Shown here: one piece after another, positions 22,095 to 24,000 of the stretch | How the letters are laid out: every line of letters starts with the position of its first letter | Numbering within the stretch: position 1 is the first letter of the stretch | Assembly (NCBI RefSeq): GCF_927798095.1 | Contig: NZ_CAKMMF010000026.1 | Location: forward strand, 63,097 to 87,096 | Length of the DNA stretch: 24,000 nucleotides | Origin: Paenibacillus plantiphilus | Lineage (GTDB): Bacteria > Bacillota > Bacilli > Paenibacillales > Paenibacillaceae | Direction of reading: 5' to 3' | Program-made: the position numbers and the translations under genes | Notes under the pieces: model-generated | Databases searched by the model: none | Told to the model about the DNA's origin: nothing | The model's input: only the letters and a program-made list of their open reading frames with translations

Positions 22095-23726
22095 TTGAAA
22101 AAATTGTTTATTTTTTTATTAGCAACCATCTTATTAGTAACCCCTGCATTCGCAGCAGAGACAGCAGGCAGCGGATTAGTTACCGTATCGGAGATGACGA
22201 GCAAAACTGATAAGAGCGGGCAGCACATCGTAACCGCCAAGATTTACAACGGTACCGGTGAATCAACTCGCGCTGGATTTGCGGCTTATGGAATGGACGA
22301 GAGCGGGAAGATATTGGAGATTAACAGCAATGATAAATTTATGTCCAAAGGAGCATCAGAAACATTCACCATCATTCTCAAAAATAAAGCAATCAAATCC
22401 GTAGATGGACTTGCCATTGACGGAAGCAGTCGAAACGGCGTTCAGCTGCTGAACTACGGAAGCTATGTGACGGGAGCCGGGGATACGATTGTTACGGGCG
22501 TCGTCTTGAATGGGACACATGATGCAGGGCGGATCGGTTTTGCGGCTTACGGACTCGATGACAAGGGAAATATCGTAGAGGTCAATAGTCAGGATAAATT
22601 CGTTTCGAAAGGTGAATCCAGAACATTCACCCTCTCGCTCAAAAGCAAGGCGACCAAGCGGGTCGAAGGCTTGGCGATCGACGGCATCAGCCTCAATGGT
22701 GTCGAACTGCTAAAGCACGGCAGTTATACAACAGGAGCTGGGAGTACAATCGTAACAGGTGTCGTCTTGAACGGAACGAACGAAGCTAAGCGCATCGGAT
22801 TCGCAGCATATGGATTGGATGACAAGGGGCAGGTCGTGGAGACACTGAGTGCTGACAAATTTGTGTCAAAAGGTGAATCTGCCACATTTACCGTCACGCT
22901 TAAAAGTAAAGCCAACAAGAAAGTTGAAGGTCTCGCGATCGACGGCGGCAGTCAAGACGGCGTCCAGCTATTGAAATACGGAAGCTATCAGACGGGCACA
23001 GGCGAGACGATCGTAACAGGTGTTGTCTTGAATGGAACTGATGAGGCGATACGCATCGGCTTTGCGGCTTACGGGCAGGATGGTCAAGGAAAGCTTATTG
23101 AAGCAAATAGTGCAGATCGGTTTGTATCCAAGGGTGAGTCCCAGACCTTCACCGTGATCCTGAAGAGCAAGCTGAGCAAGAAAATCGCAGGATTAGCTAT
23201 CGACGGCGGCAGCCGGGATGGCGTCCAGCTTATCAAATATGGAAGTTACGTTAACGCGGCAGGAGAAACGGTCGTAACAGGTGTCGTGCTTAACGGAACG
23301 AATGAGGCCACTCGCGTGGGATTTGCAGCATACGGAAAGGATACCAAAGGAAAAGTCGTTGAAGCGTCCAGTGCCGATCGATTTGTATCCAAGGGTGAAT
23401 CCAGAACATTCACTGTCATTCTGAAGGGTATAACCAACAAGAAGATCGAAGCCATTGTAATGGATGGCAGCAGTCTCACAGGTGTTCAGCTGCTCAAGCA
23501 TGGCAGTTATACGAATGGAGCCGGAGAAACGGTCGTAACGGGCGTCATCTTCAATGGAACCAATGAAGCAAAATCAGTTGTATTCAAGGCCAGCGGACAC
23601 AACGCGAAAGGAAAAGCTGTGGAAACCAAAAGCGCCAGCAAATTCGTATCAAAAGGCGAATCGGCAGCGTTCACCATCACGCTCAAGGATAAAACCATTA
23701 CAAAGGTAACCGCTTCGGGCAATTAA
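22095..23726 (+). CDS. Secreted protein composed of six tandem ~87-aa beta-rich repeats (function unknown)
   Basis: From the TTG at 22095 (GGGAGTGG 8 nt upstream) the signal peptide is MKKLFIFLLATILLVTPAFA/AET. The ATG at 22077 and the GTG at 22032 from the ORF track lack an SD. The rest of the protein is six copies of the unit G-V-Q-L-L-K-x-G-S-Y-x-T-G-A-G-E-T-I-V-T-G-V-V-L-N-G-T-x-E-A-x-R-I-G-F-A-A-Y-G-x-D-x-K-G-x-x-V-E-x-x-S-A-D-K-F-V-S-K-G-E-S-x-T-F-T-V-x-L-K-S-K. Confidence 0.85.
   Translation: MKKLFIFLLATILLVTPAFAAETAGSGLVTVSEMTSKTDKSGQHIVTAKIYNGTGESTRAGFAAYGMDESGKILEINSNDKFMSKGASETFTIILKNKAIKSVDGLAIDGSSRNGVQLLNYGSYVTGAGDTIVTGVVLNGTHDAGRIGFAAYGLDDKGNIVEVNSQDKFVSKGESRTFTLSLKSKATKRVEGLAIDGISLNGVELLKHGSYTTGAGSTIVTGVVLNGTNEAKRIGFAAYGLDDKGQVVETLSADKFVSKGESATFTVTLKSKANKKVEGLAIDGGSQDGVQLLKYGSYQTGTGETIVTGVVLNGTDEAIRIGFAAYGQDGQGKLIEANSADRFVSKGESQTFTVILKSKLSKKIAGLAIDGGSRDGVQLIKYGSYVNAAGETVVTGVVLNGTNEATRVGFAAYGKDTKGKVVEASSADRFVSKGESRTFTVILKGITNKKIEAIVMDGSSLTGVQLLKHGSYTNGAGETVVTGVIFNGTNEAKSVVFKASGHNAKGKAVETKSASKFVSKGESAAFTITLKDKTITKVTASGN
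22176..23723 (+). repeat. Six in-frame tandem repeats of 261 bp (unit starts 22176, 22437, 22698, 22959, 23220, 23481)
   Basis: The exact 261-nt periodicity is visible at both nucleotide and protein level, for example GGCGTTCAGCTGCTGAACTACGG at 22437, GGTGTCGAACTGCTAAAGCACGG at 22698 and GGCGTCCAGCTATTGAAATACGG at 22959. The first and last units are the most divergent, and the last unit is 18 nt shorter. Confidence 0.9.
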
Positions 23727-23746
23727 ATAGAAGAACTCATAATTTT

Positions 23747-23797
23747 GATGCTTCCAGCCCCACTTTTACTTTTATAGTGGTTTTGGAGGCATCTTTT
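23747..23797 (+). terminator. Probable rho-independent terminator of the repeat-protein gene
   Basis: An imperfect hairpin, GATGCTTCCAGCCCCAC (23747-23763) with GTGGTTTTGGAGGCATC (23777-23793), is followed by TTTT. It lies 20 nt after the stop codon. Confidence 0.5.
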
Positions 23798-23868
23798 CAC
23801 ATCATTTGGGACTGAGTAACCGAATCTATCATCCCTGCTTCCGAAGCGGAGCAACGATCTGTGATGTA

Positions 23869-24000
23869 CTAGTCGCTGTCTGTAGAGACGCACCCTCCCT
23901 CTCCAACTGTAAGAAGATTTCGAGACAAATCAATTTCATCCTTCTGATTATGCTGCACAGCGAAATAGTCGTCTAATTCAACAAAAACTTTGTTTTTTCG
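23869..24000 (-). CDS. 3' end of an unidentified minus-strand gene (last 43 codons; continues beyond the window)
   Basis: My own translation of the minus strand from 24000 gives RKNKVFVELDDYFAVQHNQKDEIDLSRNLLTVGEGGCVSTDSD*, open to the window edge with a stop at 23869-23871. I recognise no family. Confidence 0.3.
   Translation of the reverse strand, partial: RKNKVFVELDDYFAVQHNQKDEIDLSRNLLTVGEGGCVSTDSD

Noticed and set aside
22176-23723. A CRISPR array or non-coding satellite, suggested by the regular 261-bp periodicity
   Set aside because: The period is a multiple of 3 and lies inside one long ORF with a signal peptide. The whole unit is repeated with no unique spacers between short repeats, and divergence is concentrated at synonymous or conservative positions. 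These are coding domain repeats.

Overview
The window looks like a chromosomal segment from a Firmicute, possibly a Paenibacillus-like organism. That taxonomic guess rests on about 50% GC, Bacillus-type Shine-Dalgarno sites and gene content. No search was run, and all product calls come from motifs I recognise by eye. The genes run in this order: (1) A BceAB-type ABC pair whose permease is cut by the window edge. (2) A LacI-controlled operon whose enzyme is one 810-aa fusion of a PfkB fructokinase and a GH32 beta-fructofuranosidase. (3) A YceI-like lipoprotein next to an OmpR/HisKA two-component system. (4) A Ro60/Rsr (TROVE+vWA) gene preceded by two tandem, mutually homologous structured RNAs. 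The first carries a circularly permuted tRNA-like module typical of YrlA-class Y RNAs. (5) A translationally coupled operon of GNAT-like protein, ABC exporter with a C-terminal cyclic-nucleotide-binding (cNMP) domain, and a paralogous GNAT-like protein. A strongly SD-driven 35-codon ORF, too short for the supplied ORF track, follows it. (6) An intact IS3/IS150-type insertion sequence with an A_AAA_AAG -1 frameshift site. (7) A roughly 1200-aa protein combining a 12-TM transporter domain, HEAT repeats and two tandem cNMP-binding domains. (8) YkvA/DUF1232, TVP38/DedA-like and cN-IA-like 5'-nucleotidase genes. (9) A secreted protein built from six tandem 87-aa (261-bp) repeats. A REP-like hairpin element occurs three times, always in the same orientation and always just downstream of a minus-strand gene. 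The items most worth follow-up are the unannotated Rsr/Y-RNA locus and the two cNMP-sensor-fused transporter loci, especially the GNAT-ABC(cNMP)-GNAT operon.
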